From contig CBFGKC010000002.1 of assembly GCA_965649265.1 (NCBI GenBank), positions 1-60,644 on the forward strand: a stretch of 60,644 nt of DNA, given 5' to 3'. A program made the translations under genes and the position numbers. Origin of the DNA: a candidate division WOR-3 bacterium (lineage in GTDB: Bacteria; Hydrothermota; Tepidihabitantia; B3-TA06). Below the pieces are notes generated by a model. The model was not told the origin of the DNA. It did not search any database and saw only the letters and a program-made list of their open reading frames with translations. This document shows positions 59,924 to 60,644 of the stretch, in pieces (position 1 is the stretch's first letter; each line of letters starts with the position of its first letter).

Positions 59924-59931
59924 TAAGATAG

Positions 59932-60020
59932 CGGAGAGGGCGGGATTTGAACCCGCGACCCCGGTTTCCCGGGGTACACGATTTCCAGTCGTGCTCCTTC
60001 GGCCGCTCGGACACCTCTCC
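59932..60020 (-). tRNA. tRNA-Ser(GGA)
   Basis: GGAGAGGTGTCCGAGCGG..CACGA-CTGGAAA-TCGTG, long variable arm, GGTTCAAATCC. Confidence 0.95.
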
Positions 60021-60115
60021 AATTTATCCAGTTTAACGGAAGTATATGGATTCACGTTAAAAGGTCAACCTGATGTGCATGATTGACCATCATTCACAAT
60101 GAATTATAATTCCTT

Positions 60116-60644
60116 GTGAATGACCAGACGGTAAGCTTGAAACGTCTTATCCAGAAATTGAGACTTAAAGGAATAACGGATGAACGTGTACTAATGGCAT
60201 TTGAAAAGGTCCCGCGTCATCTTTTTATCCCGCAGGGATTCGAGCATAGGGCCTACGATGATGTTTCTCTTCCGATAGGCGGCGGTCAGACCATATCTGC
60301 TCCTTCAACGGTTGCATCAATGCTGGAAGCCCTTCGTCTCGGAAAATCGGACAAAGTCCTTGAGGTAGGAACCGGCTCGGGATTTCAAACTGCGCTCCTC
60401 GTGAAGATGGTTTCAAGTGTGTATTCGATTGAACGTGAATTAAAACTGGCCAGAGAGGTTAAAGAGAAGCTCATCAGGGCGGGATGCGGTACTGCTCACT
60501 TGCGAGCGGGAGACGGCATGCTGGGCTGGTCCGAGTACGCACCGTATGACGCAATAATCGTAAGCGCCGGCACTGATGAGATTCCCGATGAACTTCTTAG
60601 ACAGTTAAAGACTGGCGGCCGTATGGTCTTACCTCTCAAGGGGC
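60116..60644 (+). CDS. pcm: Protein-L-isoaspartate O-methyltransferase (partial, runs off window)
   Basis: GITDERVL..VPRHLF, AY.D..LPIG.GQTISAP, VLEVGTGSGFQ; absent from the ORF track because there is no stop. Confidence 0.92.
   Translation, partial: MNDQTVSLKRLIQKLRLKGITDERVLMAFEKVPRHLFIPQGFEHRAYDDVSLPIGGGQTISAPSTVASMLEALRLGKSDKVLEVGTGSGFQTALLVKMVSSVYSIERELKLAREVKEKLIRAGCGTAHLRAGDGMLGWSEYAPYDAIIVSAGTDEIPDELLRQLKTGGRMVLPLKG

Noticed and set aside
59855-60086. Short ORFs on both strands
   Set aside because: They overlap the tRNA-Ser gene and its promoter.

Overview
Chromosomal window from a diderm bacterium (bamA, OmpA-family protein, porin, TonB C-domain, dnaE). Gene content and the T9SS/FlgD-like C-terminal tails resemble candidate FCB-related lineages such as WOR-3; this is inference, not a search result. 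The right half (~31-60.6 kb) is mostly housekeeping: deoC, cysS, a two-component pair, bamA, clpC, rplU, secG, tpiA, nusB, ribH, ribBA, rmlB/C, dnaE, tRNA-Glu, tRNA-Ser and a partial pcm. The left half (~1-30 kb) is accessory and carries most points of interest. These are: (i) six tandem SpoIIAA-like (STAS/SEC14) paralogs with coupled short ORFs and a remnant seventh copy; (ii) five permuted-papain (YiiX/YaeF-like NlpC/P60) enzymes, four paired with a Cys/His-bearing FxLYD-like domain (three fused, one split) and one a lipoprotein paired with a beta-propeller lipoprotein; (iii) an archaeal-type gatD-gatE operon; (iv) three families of structured intergenic repeats, one a REP-like hairpin with fixed ends and variable self-complementary arms. 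Across the whole window, 28 sigma70-like promoters share a 16-bp spacer and about ten genes appear leaderless. All family assignments come from motif recognition by eye; no database searches were run.
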